A stretch of 64,000 nucleotides of DNA from Longimicrobiales bacterium (GTDB lineage: Bacteria > Gemmatimonadota > Gemmatimonadetes > Longimicrobiales > RSA9), in NCBI GenBank assembly GCA_035513345.1, contig DATKCF010000172.1:24043-88042 (forward strand), given 5' to 3'. This document shows positions 46,607 through 57,159 of this stretch, piece after piece. Below the pieces are notes generated by a model. It searched no databases, was not told the origin of the DNA, and saw nothing but the letters and a program-made list of their open reading frames with translations. Each line of letters begins with the position of its first letter. Position 1 is the stretch's first letter. A program made the translations under genes and the position numbers.

Positions 46607-46880
46607 CTGTCAGGTATCGAGGAACGGAACCTCGCGCACGGCCTGCCCGCCAGCTGCCCGGATCGGTTCCGCTGTAATCGGCGGACTGCGAGTGCGCCCA
46701 TATGATAGTATACGTTCGTGACCGGCTCGCGATTCACGAGGCCCGACTTTTGGCCGCATCCGCCGGGTCCGCGCCCGGCACCGAAGCGGGGCACCGCGGC
46801 GAATCGCCATACGCGCCCGCGGCCGTATATTGCTCGCAATCGCCGGCACGTTCCTTCTGTTTTGCCCCGCAACCGGGAAA

Positions 46881-48377
46881 ATGCGACTCAGCACGCGACT
46901 TCTACTTCCGCTCCTGGCTACGGTCGCCATCGTGATGACGGCGTTCGCGACATGGGCCGTGCGCCAGCGCGAGTCCACTCTGACCGAACAGGCGGAGCGC
47001 GAAACGCACGCCTATGCACTCGCGATCGCTCTGGCCGTCGAGTCCGCGTTCCGCGCGCCGACGCCGACGGGCATCCAGGAGATCATCGACAGGATCAGTC
47101 GCGAGCGAACGATCTATGGCGTCCTGGTCTACGGCAGTGACGGCGCCATCCAGTACGCGTCCGATCCACCAGGCCTGCTGGTCGCGGCCGTTCCGGAATC
47201 GATCCGGTCGTCGGTCGCGCTGGGCGAAGTCGTGTCCTTGCGGCGCGAGCTGGATGGTAATGCCGTCTACTCGGTGATCCGTCCGATCCGCGATCCACTT
47301 GCCCGCGTCATGGGCAGTCTCGAGGTGGCGCAACCGCTCGACTTTCTCGACGAGCAGATCGCGCAGACCCGGCAACGTTTCGTCCTCAACACCGTCACCC
47401 TGCTCTTCGCGCTCACGATCCTGATTCTCTGGCTGATCCGCCACATGGTCTCGCGTCCGCTCGGCCGCTTCGTCACAGCCGCCCAGGCGCTCGGGCGAGG
47501 CGAGCTGGCGCACCGCATAGGCCAGCCCGCCGCGGGCCGCGAGCTGGCCGAGCTGGCCGGCGAGATCAACCGCATGGCCGGCCACCTCGAGGCCGCTCGC
47601 GGCCGGCTGGTCAGCGAAGGCGAAGAGCGCGTCGGCCTCGAACGCCGGCTGCGCCAGACCGAGAAGCTCGCCGCTCTCGGCAACCTGTCCGCGGGACTCG
47701 CCCACGAGATCGCCGCCCCGCTCCATGTGATCCGCGGCCGCGCCGAGCTGCTGCTCCGCCGAACCACCGCTGATGACCCCGCCGACCGCAATCTCCGTAT
47801 CATCGTCGAGCAGATCGGCCGGATCACCATCATTGTGCGCAACCTGCTCGATTTCACGAGGCGAAGGGAACCACATCTCGAGGCGATCGATGCCGGCGCC
47901 GTCGTCGCCTCGGTCCTCGAGTTCCTCGACTGGGAACTGGGCCGCGCCGGCATCAGCGTCGTGTGGGACGGCCCGCGCGAAGTCGGTGTACGCGGCGACC
48001 GCGACCTGCTGCACCAGGTCTTCATCAACATCTTCATGAACGCGATCCAGGCTCTCGCCACACTCGAACCCGGCACCGGCCGGATCATGGTCCGCACCTC
48101 GCCGGCGCCCGACGATGAGATGTCGCCTTCAATGGAAGCACGCGCGGTCATCGAGGTCCGGGACAACGGCGCCGGCATCCCCGTGGACGTTCTGCCATCC
48201 GTGTTCGAGGCCTTCGTCACCACCAAGTCGACCGGCGGCACCGGCCTCGGCCTGGCCGTTGCCCGGAGCATCGTCGACGAGCACGGTGGCACGATCACCG
48301 CATCGAACGGCGAATCCGGCGGCGCGGTGTTCACGGTCGAACTGCCCGCCTCACGGACCGCGGCCGCCCATGTCTGA
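46881..48377 (+). CDS. Sensor histidine kinase (2 TM + periplasmic domain + HAMP + HisKA + HATPase)
   Basis: H-box LSAGLAHEIAAPLHVI, N/G boxes FMNAIQA, DNGAGIP, GGTGLGLAVARSIV. HAMP RPLGRFVTAAQALGRGELAHRI. Confidence 0.88.
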   Translation: MRLSTRLLLPLLATVAIVMTAFATWAVRQRESTLTEQAERETHAYALAIALAVESAFRAPTPTGIQEIIDRISRERTIYGVLVYGSDGAIQYASDPPGLLVAAVPESIRSSVALGEVVSLRRELDGNAVYSVIRPIRDPLARVMGSLEVAQPLDFLDEQIAQTRQRFVLNTVTLLFALTILILWLIRHMVSRPLGRFVTAAQALGRGELAHRIGQPAAGRELAELAGEINRMAGHLEAARGRLVSEGEERVGLERRLRQTEKLAALGNLSAGLAHEIAAPLHVIRGRAELLLRRTTADDPADRNLRIIVEQIGRITIIVRNLLDFTRRREPHLEAIDAGAVVASVLEFLDWELGRAGISVVWDGPREVGVRGDRDLLHQVFINIFMNAIQALATLEPGTGRIMVRTSPAPDDEMSPSMEARAVIEVRDNGAGIPVDVLPSVFEAFVTTKSTGGTGLGLAVARSIVDEHGGTITASNGESGGAVFTVELPASRTAAAHV

Positions 48378-49689
48378 TCACATTGTCCTGGCCGAGGACG
48401 ACCGCGAGCTGCGCACGTTCCTCACCGAGGTCCTCGAGGAAGCGGGCTTCGATGTGTCCGCGTTTCCGAACGCCGAGCTGGCACTCGACCACCTGTCCTC
48501 CGACCGACCGGCCGACCTGCTCGTCACCGACCTCATCATGCCCGGCATGCGTGGCCACGAGCTGCTCTCCGAGGCCCGCCGCCGCCGGCCCGAGATCAAC
48601 GTCATTGCCATCACGGCGTTCGGCTCGATCGACTCCGCGATTCAGCTCGTCAAGCAGGGCGCTTATGACTACCTGACCAAACCGTTCGGCAGTGACGAGT
48701 TCGTGCACGTCATCGAACGCGCGCTCGAGGAAAGCCGCACCCGCCGACAACTCGCCGCCGTCACCCGTGACGCGCCGCCGCCCCTGGCCGACTTCATTGG
48801 CGTCAGCCCGCCCATGCAGGAACTCTTCGGACTGATCCGCCGCGCCGGACCCTCAATGCGCTCGATCCTCATTACCGGCGAAACCGGGACCGGCAAGGAA
48901 CTCGTCGCGCGCTCGCTCCACGCCGTTTCCGGCAGACCGAACTTCGTTGCAGTCAACTGCTCCGCGTTCCCCGAGAATCTCCTGGAATCCGAACTGTTCG
49001 GTCACGAGAAGGGCTCGTTCACCGGCGCCGACCGCATGAAGATCGGCCTCTTCGATGCAGCCGATGGCGGCACCCTCTTCCTCGACGAAATCGCCGAACT
49101 GCCCATCGCGCTACAGCCCAGACTGCTGCGTGCCCTCGAGAGTGGCGAGATCCGGCGCGTCGGCGCCACCGCCAATCGATCCGTCGACGTCCGCGTCCTC
49201 GCCGCAACCAATCGCGACCCCGATGAGGAAGTCCGCGCCGGCCGGTTCCGCGAGGATCTCCTCTGGCGACTCAACGTCGTCAACATCGCCGTACCGCCGC
49301 TCCGCGAACGAGCCGCCGATATCCCGCTCCTCGCTCAGCACTTCGCCGGCACACGCACCATCTCGCCCGACGCCATGTCGCTCCTCGTCGGCTACCCCTG
49401 GCCCGGCAACATCCGCGAACTCCGCAACGCCCTCGACCGCGCCGTCGCTCTTTCCCCGGGCGACACCATCCGACCCGACGACCTGCCACCCCGCATCCAG
49501 TCCGCCGGCCGCGCCGCCTACATCGTCGCCGACGCTTCACGCCGACAAGTATCGCTGCGTAACCTCGAACGCGAGTACATCCTCGAGATCCTCCGCCAGG
49601 TCGGTGGCAACAAGAGCCGCGCCGCCGAGATCCTCGGCCTCGACCGCAAGACCCTCTACCGCAAGCTCGACGAGTACGGGCAGCAGTAG
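48370..49689 (+). CDS. Sigma-54-dependent response regulator (NtrC family enhancer-binding protein)
   Basis: Receiver domain ([13 protein letters not shown]), AAA+ Walker A GETGTGKE, sigma-54 contact loop GSFTGA, C-terminal Fis-type [23 protein letters not shown]. Start overlaps the kinase stop by 8 nt. Confidence 0.9.
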   Translation: MSDHIVLAEDDRELRTFLTEVLEEAGFDVSAFPNAELALDHLSSDRPADLLVTDLIMPGMRGHELLSEARRRRPEINVIAITAFGSIDSAIQLVKQGAYDYLTKPFGSDEFVHVIERALEESRTRRQLAAVTRDAPPPLADFIGVSPPMQELFGLIRRAGPSMRSILITGETGTGKELVARSLHAVSGRPNFVAVNCSAFPENLLESELFGHEKGSFTGADRMKIGLFDAADGGTLFLDEIAELPIALQPRLLRALESGEIRRVGATANRSVDVRVLAATNRDPDEEVRAGRFREDLLWRLNVVNIAVPPLRERAADIPLLAQHFAGTRTISPDAMSLLVGYPWPGNIRELRNALDRAVALSPGDTIRPDDLPPRIQSAGRAAYIVADASRRQVSLRNLEREYILEILRQVGGNKSRAAEILGLDRKTLYRKLDEYGQQ

Positions 49690-49723
49690 CCTCGGCCTCT
49701 GACGGGTGGTTCGTCACCGAGGC
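49689..49723 (+). terminator. Candidate terminator hairpin after the response regulator gene
   Basis: GCCTCGG-cctc-TGACG-ggtggtt-CGTCA-CCGAGGC begins at the last base of the stop codon. No clear U-tract. Confidence 0.4.
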
Positions 49724-49785
49724 ATTCTCGACGGCTGCCACGCCACGCCCGGATCGGCAGCCTGTGGGGAGGTCCGGGACAGTGC

Positions 49786-49800
49786 GTGGCTTATTGCCAC
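49786..49800. promoter_or_regulatory. Palindrome GTGGC-TTATT-GCCAC; candidate upstream activator site for the adjacent NtrC-type activator
   Basis: Perfect 5-5-5 inverted repeat about 80 nt upstream of the sigma-54 -24 element, followed by an AT-rich stretch (TATTTATAAGTGATTCAAAGACAACATCTTACG) that could be a bending site. Confidence 0.4.
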
Positions 49801-49876
49801 ACCCCCTCCCTCGGCCGGCGGTCCGTCTCGTATTTATAAGTGATTCAAAGACAACATCTTACGTCATTGTCGCGTT

Positions 49877-49892
49877 CGGCACCGGGCTTGCC
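49877..49892 (+). promoter_or_regulatory. Sigma-54 (-24/-12) promoter, CGGCAC-N5-TTGC
   Basis: cGGCACcgggcTTGCc has GG-N10-GC spacing and matches the TGGCAC-N5-TTGC consensus at 9 of 10 defined positions. It lies about 90 nt upstream of the usp start and directly downstream of a sigma-54 activator gene. Confidence 0.65.
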
Positions 49893-49981
49893 TCTCCATG
49901 TCAACGCCGCAACGGAACGGGTCTGGTGCGGAGCGGCGGACGAAACCGGTCCGCGGGGTGTGAGCGGACGCGGAGCTGGGC

Positions 49982-50425
49982 TTGGTCGTCGGAGTCGACT
50001 TCTCGGATGGCGCGGCAGCGGCGGTTGCCGAGGCGAAGCTGCTGGCGGAGCAACTGGGGCTTGATCCCCTGTTGGTCCATGTGGTCGAGGATGGCGTGGA
50101 AATGCCGGGACCGCTCGAAATCGGAGCGTGGCTGACGGCCCACAATCTGGAGGGGTCGACGATCCAGGTGTTGCGCGGGGTCGCCTGGATCGAGCTGGGC
50201 CGGCTTGCGTCTTCGAGTGCGTCGCGTCTGCTGGTGGTCGGAAGTCATGGGCGGTCGGGGTTCCAGCCACTGGAGCCGGGTCGGACCGCCATGCGACTGG
50301 CTATGCGGAGTCCGATACCGGTGGTGGTGGTTCCGGCGAGCAGGATGATGGTAACCGGCGAGTCGCCGGCTGAGGGACTGATTGAGCACGTACCGGAGGG
50401 GTTCCGGCGGCTCGGTGGGCAGTGA
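49982..50425 (+). CDS. Universal stress protein (UspA family)
   Basis: VVGVDFSDGAAAAV...LLVVGSHGRSGF...TAMRLAMRSPIPVVVVP is the Usp alpha/beta pattern. TTG start with GGAG 6 nt upstream. Confidence 0.8.
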   Translation: MVVGVDFSDGAAAAVAEAKLLAEQLGLDPLLVHVVEDGVEMPGPLEIGAWLTAHNLEGSTIQVLRGVAWIELGRLASSSASRLLVVGSHGRSGFQPLEPGRTAMRLAMRSPIPVVVVPASRMMVTGESPAEGLIEHVPEGFRRLGGQ

Positions 50426-50447
50426 GACTGAACAAGGGGAATCGGCG

Positions 50448-51005
50448 ATGAGCATGAATCGTATGAACGGTGTGGTCGTTCTTCTGGCGGGTATGGCCTT
50501 GGTGGTTGGAGCCTGTGGCAGCAAGGCCGAGCCGGAGATGCCCGCTCCTGCGGGAGCGACGACGACGCAGCCGCCGCGCAACGGCGGTACGGAGGGTCCA
50601 TCGGCATCGGATGCGGAAGCCGCTGTTCGTGCGGCGATCGCGAACCGCCGTGCCGCGATCGAGGACCGTATTCACTTCGGGTACGATCGGGCGGAGCTGA
50701 CGCCCGAAGCGCAGACGGTGTTGCGCGCGAAGATCGAGGCGCTGCGTGCGGAGTCGACAGTCCGTATCCGGATCGAGGGTCATGCGGACGAGCGCGGCTC
50801 GGTCGAGTACAACCTGGCGCTTGGACTGCGACGGGCGCAGGCGGCGCGTGAGTTCCTGGTCGGCTTCGGTCTGGACGCATCGAGGTTCGAAGTAGCGAGC
50901 CACGGCGAGGACCGTCCGTTGGACCGCGGCACGACGGAAGCGGCGTACGCGCGGAACCGTCGAGGCGAGTTCGTCCTCACTGCTGGCACGATCACGGGCC
51001 GCTAG
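50448..51005 (+). CDS. OmpA-domain peptidoglycan-associated lipoprotein (Pal-like)
   Basis: Lipobox LVVGAC. IHFGYDRAELTPEAQTVL...IRIEGHADERGSVEYNLALGLRRAQAAREFLV is the OmpA_C peptidoglycan-binding motif. Confidence 0.85.
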   Translation: MSMNRMNGVVVLLAGMALVVGACGSKAEPEMPAPAGATTTQPPRNGGTEGPSASDAEAAVRAAIANRRAAIEDRIHFGYDRAELTPEAQTVLRAKIEALRAESTVRIRIEGHADERGSVEYNLALGLRRAQAAREFLVGFGLDASRFEVASHGEDRPLDRGTTEAAYARNRRGEFVLTAGTITGR

Positions 51006-51069
51006 GTGTTTCGTCACTTCGGTGACGAGCCACTCCAGGCCTTCCTTCGATCGCGAATCGAGACTGACG

Positions 51070-53226
51070 ATGGTCATGAGCCCGGGCCCGGCTTTCCTGC
51101 TCGCGAGCACGATTGTGCTCGTGGCGGGGCTGCGGTCCGGGCTCGCCACGTCGGGCAACAATATTGGCGCCGACCATACGCCATTCGTGGCCGTGTCCGC
51201 CATGGCTCCTCCTGACTGGTCTCGAGCCATGCAGCTGTCGCCGTACGCGGAACTGCTCGAGTCGGCGAACGGCGACTTCGATGCGGCGGGTGTAGCCGCG
51301 CTGAAGAGGGGTCTCTCGCTGCGAGGCCGGGACGCGCAGGCTGCGTCGCGCGCGTTCGCCGAGGCAGCAAGCCGGTTGCCCGGGCTGTCCGACTGGGCGC
51401 TGCTGCTCGAGGCCGAGGCAACGGCGAAGGCGGGCGACACGGCCACCGTTCGCACACTGCTTGACCGGGTCGAGCCCGGTCTGGTCGTGGTTCGCGGGTG
51501 GCGAGTGCGCGTCGATGCGTGCCGCGCGGCCGGCGATCCGCGATGTGCCGCCATGGAAGCCCAGCGCGCGCTGGACCGCGCGCCGGACGCAACGATCCGG
51601 GCGGCGGCCGCGACGCAGGTCGGGCTGGCACGGCTGCTGCGCGCGGACACGACCGGCGCGATGGCTGCGTTCCGTGTCGCCATCGATGCGTCACCGTCCG
51701 GCGATGCGGCGCTGGAAGCCGGGCGAGCGCTGTCCGCACTGCGGTCGGCAACGCCTGAAGACCGGCTCGCACTCGGCCGTCTGTTCTTCCGCCACGGCAA
51801 TCCGGATCGTGGCACGGCCGGCTTCGACGCCTACCTGGCCCGGTCGGGCGGGAGCGCGGCGGAGCGTGCGGCGGTGGCGCTCGAACTCGCGCGGTCGCTT
51901 CATGCCGCTCGCCGTTACTCGGCAGCGGAGCCGCGTCTGGTTGCCTTGATCCGCGAAGCCGCCGACGCCGCGGTGACGGCCGAAGCGAAGGTCGTTCTGG
52001 GCCGTACTCGCCTGCGACTCGCCCGAACGGATGCGGGCATTGCCATGCTGGAATCCGCGCTCGTGGATCCGGCGCTGCCGACAGCGGCCCGTGCCGATGC
52101 GCTGTTCCTCCTGGCCGACGCGCAGGACGATCGTGGCGCTACCGCGCGCGCCCGGGAACTCTACCACCGGCTGCTCGACGACCACCCGTCGACCGCGGAA
52201 GCCGCTGATGCCGCCATGCGTGTCGGCGGTGCAGCGTTCGCTGCCGGCCGGTATCCGGATGCAGCCGCCATCTTCGACCGGTTCCGCGCCGCGCACCCGG
52301 CAGGGCCGCGGGCGCAGCAGGCGGCGTACTGGTCGGGCCAGGCGCATCTCGTTTCGGGCGACACGGCGGCGGCCGGCGTTCGTTTCGCCGAGGCCCGTGC
52401 CGCCGACCCGACTTCGCTCTACGGTCTGCGGGCCGCCGACCATCTGGCTGTGCCGCTTCGTACGCACCTGTCTGCCCCGCCCGCGACCGATCACGCGGTC
52501 GCCCGCATGGCCGCCGGCGCCGTTGCGCGTATCGCTGTACTGCGCGGAGCGGGTGTGGACGCCGCGGTCGCCACCGAGCTGGGCCGGGCACGTCGTTTCC
52601 TCGGCGCGCGGCCTGACGGACTCTACGCAATCGCCGAAGCTCTGAACGCCGGCGGTATGCCCATCGACGCCGTCCGGTTGGGCCGCGAAGTGCACCGGAT
52701 CGAGAACGGCTGGAACGAGCGGCTGCTTCGCATCGTCTATCCGTTCCCATGGCGAGATGAAATCGTGGCTGCCGCCGACCGGCGAGGTCTCGACCCGTGG
52801 TTCGTGGCCGGGCTGATCCGGCAGGAATCGCTGTTCCTGCCGGCGATCCGGTCGAGCGCAGGCGCCGTCGGTCTGATGCAGGTGATGCCGGCAACGGGTC
52901 GCGAGCTGGCCCGCCGTGACGGCCTGCGCGGCTTCTCGCCTTCCATGCTCACCGACCCGGTCGTGAACATCCGGCTCGGCACCCTGTTCATCGCGGACCT
53001 GCTCCGGCGCCATGATGGCGCCATGCCGTACGCACTGGCCGCCTACAACGCCGGCCCGTCCCGGGTCACGCGCTGGCTGCGCCTTCCCGATAACGGACAC
53101 CCTGACGTGTTCGCCGAGCGGATCCCCTTCCCCGAAACCAGGGACTACGTCCGTCTCGTTCAGCAGAACGCCCGCATCTACGCCGAGCTGTACGGCCCCG
53201 TCGCTTCGGGTAACCAGCAGAACTGA
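51070..53226 (+). CDS. Soluble lytic murein transglycosylase (Slt70-like: superhelical N-domain + SLT catalytic domain)
   Basis: Catalytic region GLIRQESLFLPAIRSSAGAVGLMQVMPATG...ALAAYNAGPSRV. Long Ala/Arg/Leu-rich helical-repeat N-terminal part. Start ATG 51070 or GTG 51022. Confidence 0.85.
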   Translation: MVMSPGPAFLLASTIVLVAGLRSGLATSGNNIGADHTPFVAVSAMAPPDWSRAMQLSPYAELLESANGDFDAAGVAALKRGLSLRGRDAQAASRAFAEAASRLPGLSDWALLLEAEATAKAGDTATVRTLLDRVEPGLVVVRGWRVRVDACRAAGDPRCAAMEAQRALDRAPDATIRAAAATQVGLARLLRADTTGAMAAFRVAIDASPSGDAALEAGRALSALRSATPEDRLALGRLFFRHGNPDRGTAGFDAYLARSGGSAAERAAVALELARSLHAARRYSAAEPRLVALIREAADAAVTAEAKVVLGRTRLRLARTDAGIAMLESALVDPALPTAARADALFLLADAQDDRGATARARELYHRLLDDHPSTAEAADAAMRVGGAAFAAGRYPDAAAIFDRFRAAHPAGPRAQQAAYWSGQAHLVSGDTAAAGVRFAEARAADPTSLYGLRAADHLAVPLRTHLSAPPATDHAVARMAAGAVARIAVLRGAGVDAAVATELGRARRFLGARPDGLYAIAEALNAGGMPIDAVRLGREVHRIENGWNERLLRIVYPFPWRDEIVAAADRRGLDPWFVAGLIRQESLFLPAIRSSAGAVGLMQVMPATGRELARRDGLRGFSPSMLTDPVVNIRLGTLFIADLLRRHDGAMPYALAAYNAGPSRVTRWLRLPDNGHPDVFAERIPFPETRDYVRLVQQNARIYAELYGPVASGNQQN

Positions 53227-53305
53227 GTCCGGGCTCCTGCCGTTGCACGCGTTCGGCGCTTGAGCCATCTTCCGCGCTTCGACGATTCGCCTGCAGGAGG
53301 TACCC

Positions 53306-55018
53306 GTGCTGAAGATCCGGACAGCAACTTCGTTCCTTGCGTTCACAATGATCCTGGCCGCGTGCGGCGGTAGCGATGATGGCGCAGGCGACATGTTATC
53401 GGCAGCGGACATCGCGCCCGCAATCGAGAGCATCACCGCGGCCGATCTCATGCGGCACATCGAGCGGCTCGCGTCGGACGAGTTCGAGGGACGGGCCCCG
53501 GCCACGCCCGGCGAGGATTCGACAGTCGCGTACCTGACATCGGAGTTCCAGCGCATCGGCCTCCAGCCCGGCAACCCGGACGGCACGTTCATCCAGAACG
53601 TGCCGCTGGTCGGCTTCACGGCCGAAGTCGATGCCAGCCTGATCGTTAACGGCCAGCCGGTGTCGTTCGAGGGGCCGCGCGATTTCATAGCGGACACCCG
53701 CCGCGCAACGGAGGTCGTCACGGTCGAGAGTTCGCAGTTCGTTTTCGTCGGGTACGGTGTCGTCGCCCCCGAGTACGACTGGGACGACTACAAGGATGTC
53801 GACGTCACCGGCAAGACGATCCTGATGCTGGTCAACGATCCGCAGATCCCGGACCCGGCCGCTCCGGACGGCCTCGATGCGAGCATGTTCAATGGCAGGG
53901 CAATGACATACTACGGCCGCTGGACCTACAAATACGAGATCGCTGCCGAGAAGGGCGCCGCGGCCGCACTCGTCATTCACGAGACCGGACCCGCGGGCTA
54001 TCCGTTTGAAGTGCTATCCAACGGCTGGGGCAGCGAAGCATTCGATGTACAGTCCGCCGATGGCGGCATGGGCAACGTCGCGGTGCAGGGCTGGCTGCGC
54101 GACACGTTCGTACGCCAGCTCCTCGAATCCACCGGTCACAGCTTCGATGAACTCAAGCAACAGGCGCTGTCGCGCAATTTCCGGCCGATCGAGCTGCCGG
54201 CACAGGCGAGCTTCACCGTTCGCAATACGATGCGCAACGTCGATTCCCGGAACGTCATCGCAAGGCTCGATGGATCCGATCCGGAACTGCGTGACGAGTA
54301 TGTGATCTATACCGCGCACTGGGACCATCTCGGCCGCGACCCGACGCGCGAAGGTGACCAGATCTTCAATGGCGCTCTCGACAACGCATCTGGCACCGCC
54401 GGCGTGCTCGAGCTCGCGGAAGCATTCTCGCTTCTCGATCCCGCGCCCCGCCGCTCGATCCTGTTCCTTGCGGTCACGGCCGAAGAGAAGGGTCTGCTGG
54501 GCGCGAAGTACTACGCCGAGAACCCGCTGTACCCGCTGCCGCGGACCGCGGCGAACATCAACATCGACGGTCTCAACCAGTGGGGCCGCACGAGTGACAT
54601 TGTCGTGGTCGGACTCGGCAACTCGACGCTCGATGACCTGCTGCGCGAAGCTGCATCCGCGGAGGGCCGCACCGTGGCGCCCGATCCGGAATCGGAGAAG
54701 GGCTTCTTCTACCGGTCGGACCACTTCGAGTTCGCCAGGCAGGGCGTGCCGGCACTCTATACGGATCCCGGCGTCGTCTATATCGACAAGCCCGCCGGCT
54801 TCGGCGAGCAGAAGCGCGACGAGTATACCGCCAACGACTATCATGCGGTATCGGACGAGATCAAGCCCGACTGGGATCTGTCGGGTGCGGCCGCAGACCT
54901 CGCCCTGCTGTTCCGCGTCGGCCTCAATGTGGCGCAATCGACGGCGTTCCCCGAGTGGATGCCGGGTACGGAGTTCAAGGCGACGCGTGACGCGATGATG
55001 CGCGGTGCGGGCAACTGA
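53306..55018 (+). CDS. M28 family metallopeptidase with PA domain (lipoprotein)
   Basis: Lipobox [52 protein letters not shown] are M28 zinc-ligand regions. AGGAGG 5 nt upstream of GTG 53306. Confidence 0.85.
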   Translation: MLKIRTATSFLAFTMILAACGGSDDGAGDMLSAADIAPAIESITAADLMRHIERLASDEFEGRAPATPGEDSTVAYLTSEFQRIGLQPGNPDGTFIQNVPLVGFTAEVDASLIVNGQPVSFEGPRDFIADTRRATEVVTVESSQFVFVGYGVVAPEYDWDDYKDVDVTGKTILMLVNDPQIPDPAAPDGLDASMFNGRAMTYYGRWTYKYEIAAEKGAAAALVIHETGPAGYPFEVLSNGWGSEAFDVQSADGGMGNVAVQGWLRDTFVRQLLESTGHSFDELKQQALSRNFRPIELPAQASFTVRNTMRNVDSRNVIARLDGSDPELRDEYVIYTAHWDHLGRDPTREGDQIFNGALDNASGTAGVLELAEAFSLLDPAPRRSILFLAVTAEEKGLLGAKYYAENPLYPLPRTAANINIDGLNQWGRTSDIVVVGLGNSTLDDLLREAASAEGRTVAPDPESEKGFFYRSDHFEFARQGVPALYTDPGVVYIDKPAGFGEQKRDEYTANDYHAVSDEIKPDWDLSGAAADLALLFRVGLNVAQSTAFPEWMPGTEFKATRDAMMRGAGN

Positions 55019-55050
55019 TGGAGGCACGGCGATCCGCCGTCGCCTGAGCG

Positions 55051-57159
55051 ATGGCAGGCAAGGACACCCGATACCTCGACCGTGAGCTGAGCTGGCTCGC
55101 CTTCAACGAGCGCGTTCTGCAGGAGGCGGCGGACGCGTCCGTTCCGCTCGGCGAGCGACTCAACTTCCTGGCGATCTTCTCGTCGAATCTCGACGAGTTC
55201 TTCCGCGTCCGTGTCGCATCGCTGCGCAGCCTGCTGCGCCTCAGGAAGAAGAAGGTCGAGCAGCTCGACATTGATCCATCCACTCTGCTGGCCGACATCT
55301 ACCGCGTCGTCGGCGCACAGCAGGAACGTTTCGGCCGTATCTTCCGCGAGGATGTGCTGCCCGCACTGGCCGCGCGCGGCATCCGTCTGCGCACAGGTGC
55401 GGACCTGACTCCGGCACAGCAACGCACCGTCGCTGCATGGTTCGATGAGCACGTCAGGCCGCTCATCGATCCCGTGCTGCTCGACGATGACACTCAGCCG
55501 TTCCTGCAGAACCGGGCCATCCATCTCGTGGTCGAGTTGTGGCCGCGTGAAGGTCGCGGCGTCAGCGCTGTCGCGCCCGACTACGCGCTCGTGCGCGTGC
55601 CCAGTCCGCCACTGCCGCGATTTCTCTCCCTCGACGGCGACGATGGCGCCCGGGACGTCATGTTTCTCGATGACGTGATTCGCGCGAACCTGCCGCGGCT
55701 GTTCGATGCCCACGAGACAGGTGAGGCGTACGCGATCAAGCTGTCGCGTGATGCGGACCTGAACCTCGAAGACGAGTTCGAAGGTGACCGTGTCGCATCG
55801 ATACGGAAAAGTCTGAAGAAACGCGAGACCGGAGCACCCTGCCGTTTCCTGTATGATCTTCAGACACCGGAGCTGCTTGCGAATTTCCTGTGCAGGATCT
55901 TCGAGCTCGAACCCGAGGACCTGATCGCGGGCGGCCGCTACCACAACCTGCACGACCTGAGCGAGTTCCCGCGCGGTGATGACGACAGCGCGATGTACTC
56001 GCCGCTCGAGCCACTGCCGCATCCGGATCTCGAGACCGCGAGGTCTCTCGTCGACGCGATCGAGGAACGAGACCGCCTGCTCCATTTCCCGTACCACCGC
56101 TTCGACTACGTCATCGAGTTGCTCGAGGAAGCCGCGGCGGACCCTGCTGTCGATGCGATCAGCATCACGCTCTATCGTGTGGCCAGAGACTCGGCCGTTG
56201 CCGAAGCGTTGATCCGCGCGGCCCGCGCCGGAAAACGCGTGCTGGCGGTGGTCGAGCTGAAGGCACGGTTCGATGAGGAATCGAACCTCGACTGGTCGGA
56301 GCGCCTCGAACAGGCGGGCGTGCGCATCATACACGGCGTGCGGGGGCTCAAGGTTCATGCGAAGCTTGCGCTCATCGCGAGACGGGATGGCCGGCCCGCG
56401 ATCGGCTACTTCGGTACGGGTAATTTCAACGAGAACACCGCGAGAGTGTACACGGACTACGCGCTGCTCACCGCTGACCCGCGATTGACCGCGGATGCGG
56501 CGCGCGTCTTCGCGTTCCTGGCGGGCGAGAATGACAGTCCGGCGTTCGAGCATCTGCTGGTCGCGCCGTTCACTCTGCGCGATGGGCTCCGTGACCTCAT
56601 CGCGGCGGAGGCGGCAGCGGCGAAAGACGGCGGTACCGGCCGGATCCTGCTCAAGATGAACAGCCTCGAGGACCGGCGTATCATCAACCGGCTCTATCGC
56701 GCTTCGCAGGCCGGCGTGTCGATCGACATGATCGTGCGCGGCATCTGCTGCCTCGAACCGGGCGTGACCGGCGTATCGGACACGATCCACGTACGAAGCA
56801 TTGTCGATCGGTTCCTCGAGCACGGCCGGGTATTCATCTTCGAGAACCGAGGCGAGCCACTGTTCTTTCTGGCTTCCGCCGACTGGATGTACCGCAACCT
56901 CAGCCGCCGTGTCGAGGTGGCGTTCCCGATCTTCGATCCGGACGTGCGGGCCGACCTCGAGTCGTTCCTCGGGCTGCAACTGGCTGACTCGACGAAGGCA
57001 CGGATCATCGATCCGTCGCAAGTCAACGCATATGCGCGGAGCAATGGCGGACCCGCCGTGCGCGCGCAGGTCGAGACGTACCGGCTCCTTGCCTCGAGGG
57101 CGGCGGCGCTACAGCCGGCCCCCGTTCCACGCTCGGCACACGACGACTCACCGACATGA
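55051..57159 (+). CDS. ppk: Polyphosphate kinase 1
   Basis: YLDRELSWLAFNERVLQEA...LNFLAIFSSNLDEFFRVRV and two PLD-like HKD-type regions (KVHAKLALI, RFLEHGRVFIF). Confidence 0.93.
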   Translation: MAGKDTRYLDRELSWLAFNERVLQEAADASVPLGERLNFLAIFSSNLDEFFRVRVASLRSLLRLRKKKVEQLDIDPSTLLADIYRVVGAQQERFGRIFREDVLPALAARGIRLRTGADLTPAQQRTVAAWFDEHVRPLIDPVLLDDDTQPFLQNRAIHLVVELWPREGRGVSAVAPDYALVRVPSPPLPRFLSLDGDDGARDVMFLDDVIRANLPRLFDAHETGEAYAIKLSRDADLNLEDEFEGDRVASIRKSLKKRETGAPCRFLYDLQTPELLANFLCRIFELEPEDLIAGGRYHNLHDLSEFPRGDDDSAMYSPLEPLPHPDLETARSLVDAIEERDRLLHFPYHRFDYVIELLEEAAADPAVDAISITLYRVARDSAVAEALIRAARAGKRVLAVVELKARFDEESNLDWSERLEQAGVRIIHGVRGLKVHAKLALIARRDGRPAIGYFGTGNFNENTARVYTDYALLTADPRLTADAARVFAFLAGENDSPAFEHLLVAPFTLRDGLRDLIAAEAAAAKDGGTGRILLKMNSLEDRRIINRLYRASQAGVSIDMIVRGICCLEPGVTGVSDTIHVRSIVDRFLEHGRVFIFENRGEPLFFLASADWMYRNLSRRVEVAFPIFDPDVRADLESFLGLQLADSTKARIIDPSQVNAYARSNGGPAVRAQVETYRLLASRAAALQPAPVPRSAHDDSPT

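Noticed and set aside
49784-49800. TGGC-ttatt-GCC read as a sigma-54 -24/-12 element
   Set aside because: The GG to GC spacing is 6 nt instead of 10. The sequence is instead a perfect palindrome and is better interpreted as an activator binding site.
50301-51815. 504-aa ORF antisense to usp/pal/slt
   Set aside because: Ser/Arg/Ala/Pro-rich low-complexity translation that overlaps three homology-supported genes.
51691-53721. 676-aa ORF antisense to the Slt and M28 genes
   Set aside because: Same reasoning: an Arg/Gly/Pro-rich product spanning two well-supported plus-strand genes and their intergenic gap.
54841-57021. 726-aa ORF antisense to ppk1
   Set aside because: It lies entirely opposite a gene with unmistakable PPK1 motifs. 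Its composition is dominated by Arg/Asp/Glu/Val, as expected for antisense frames in GC-rich DNA, and it has no recognisable motif.
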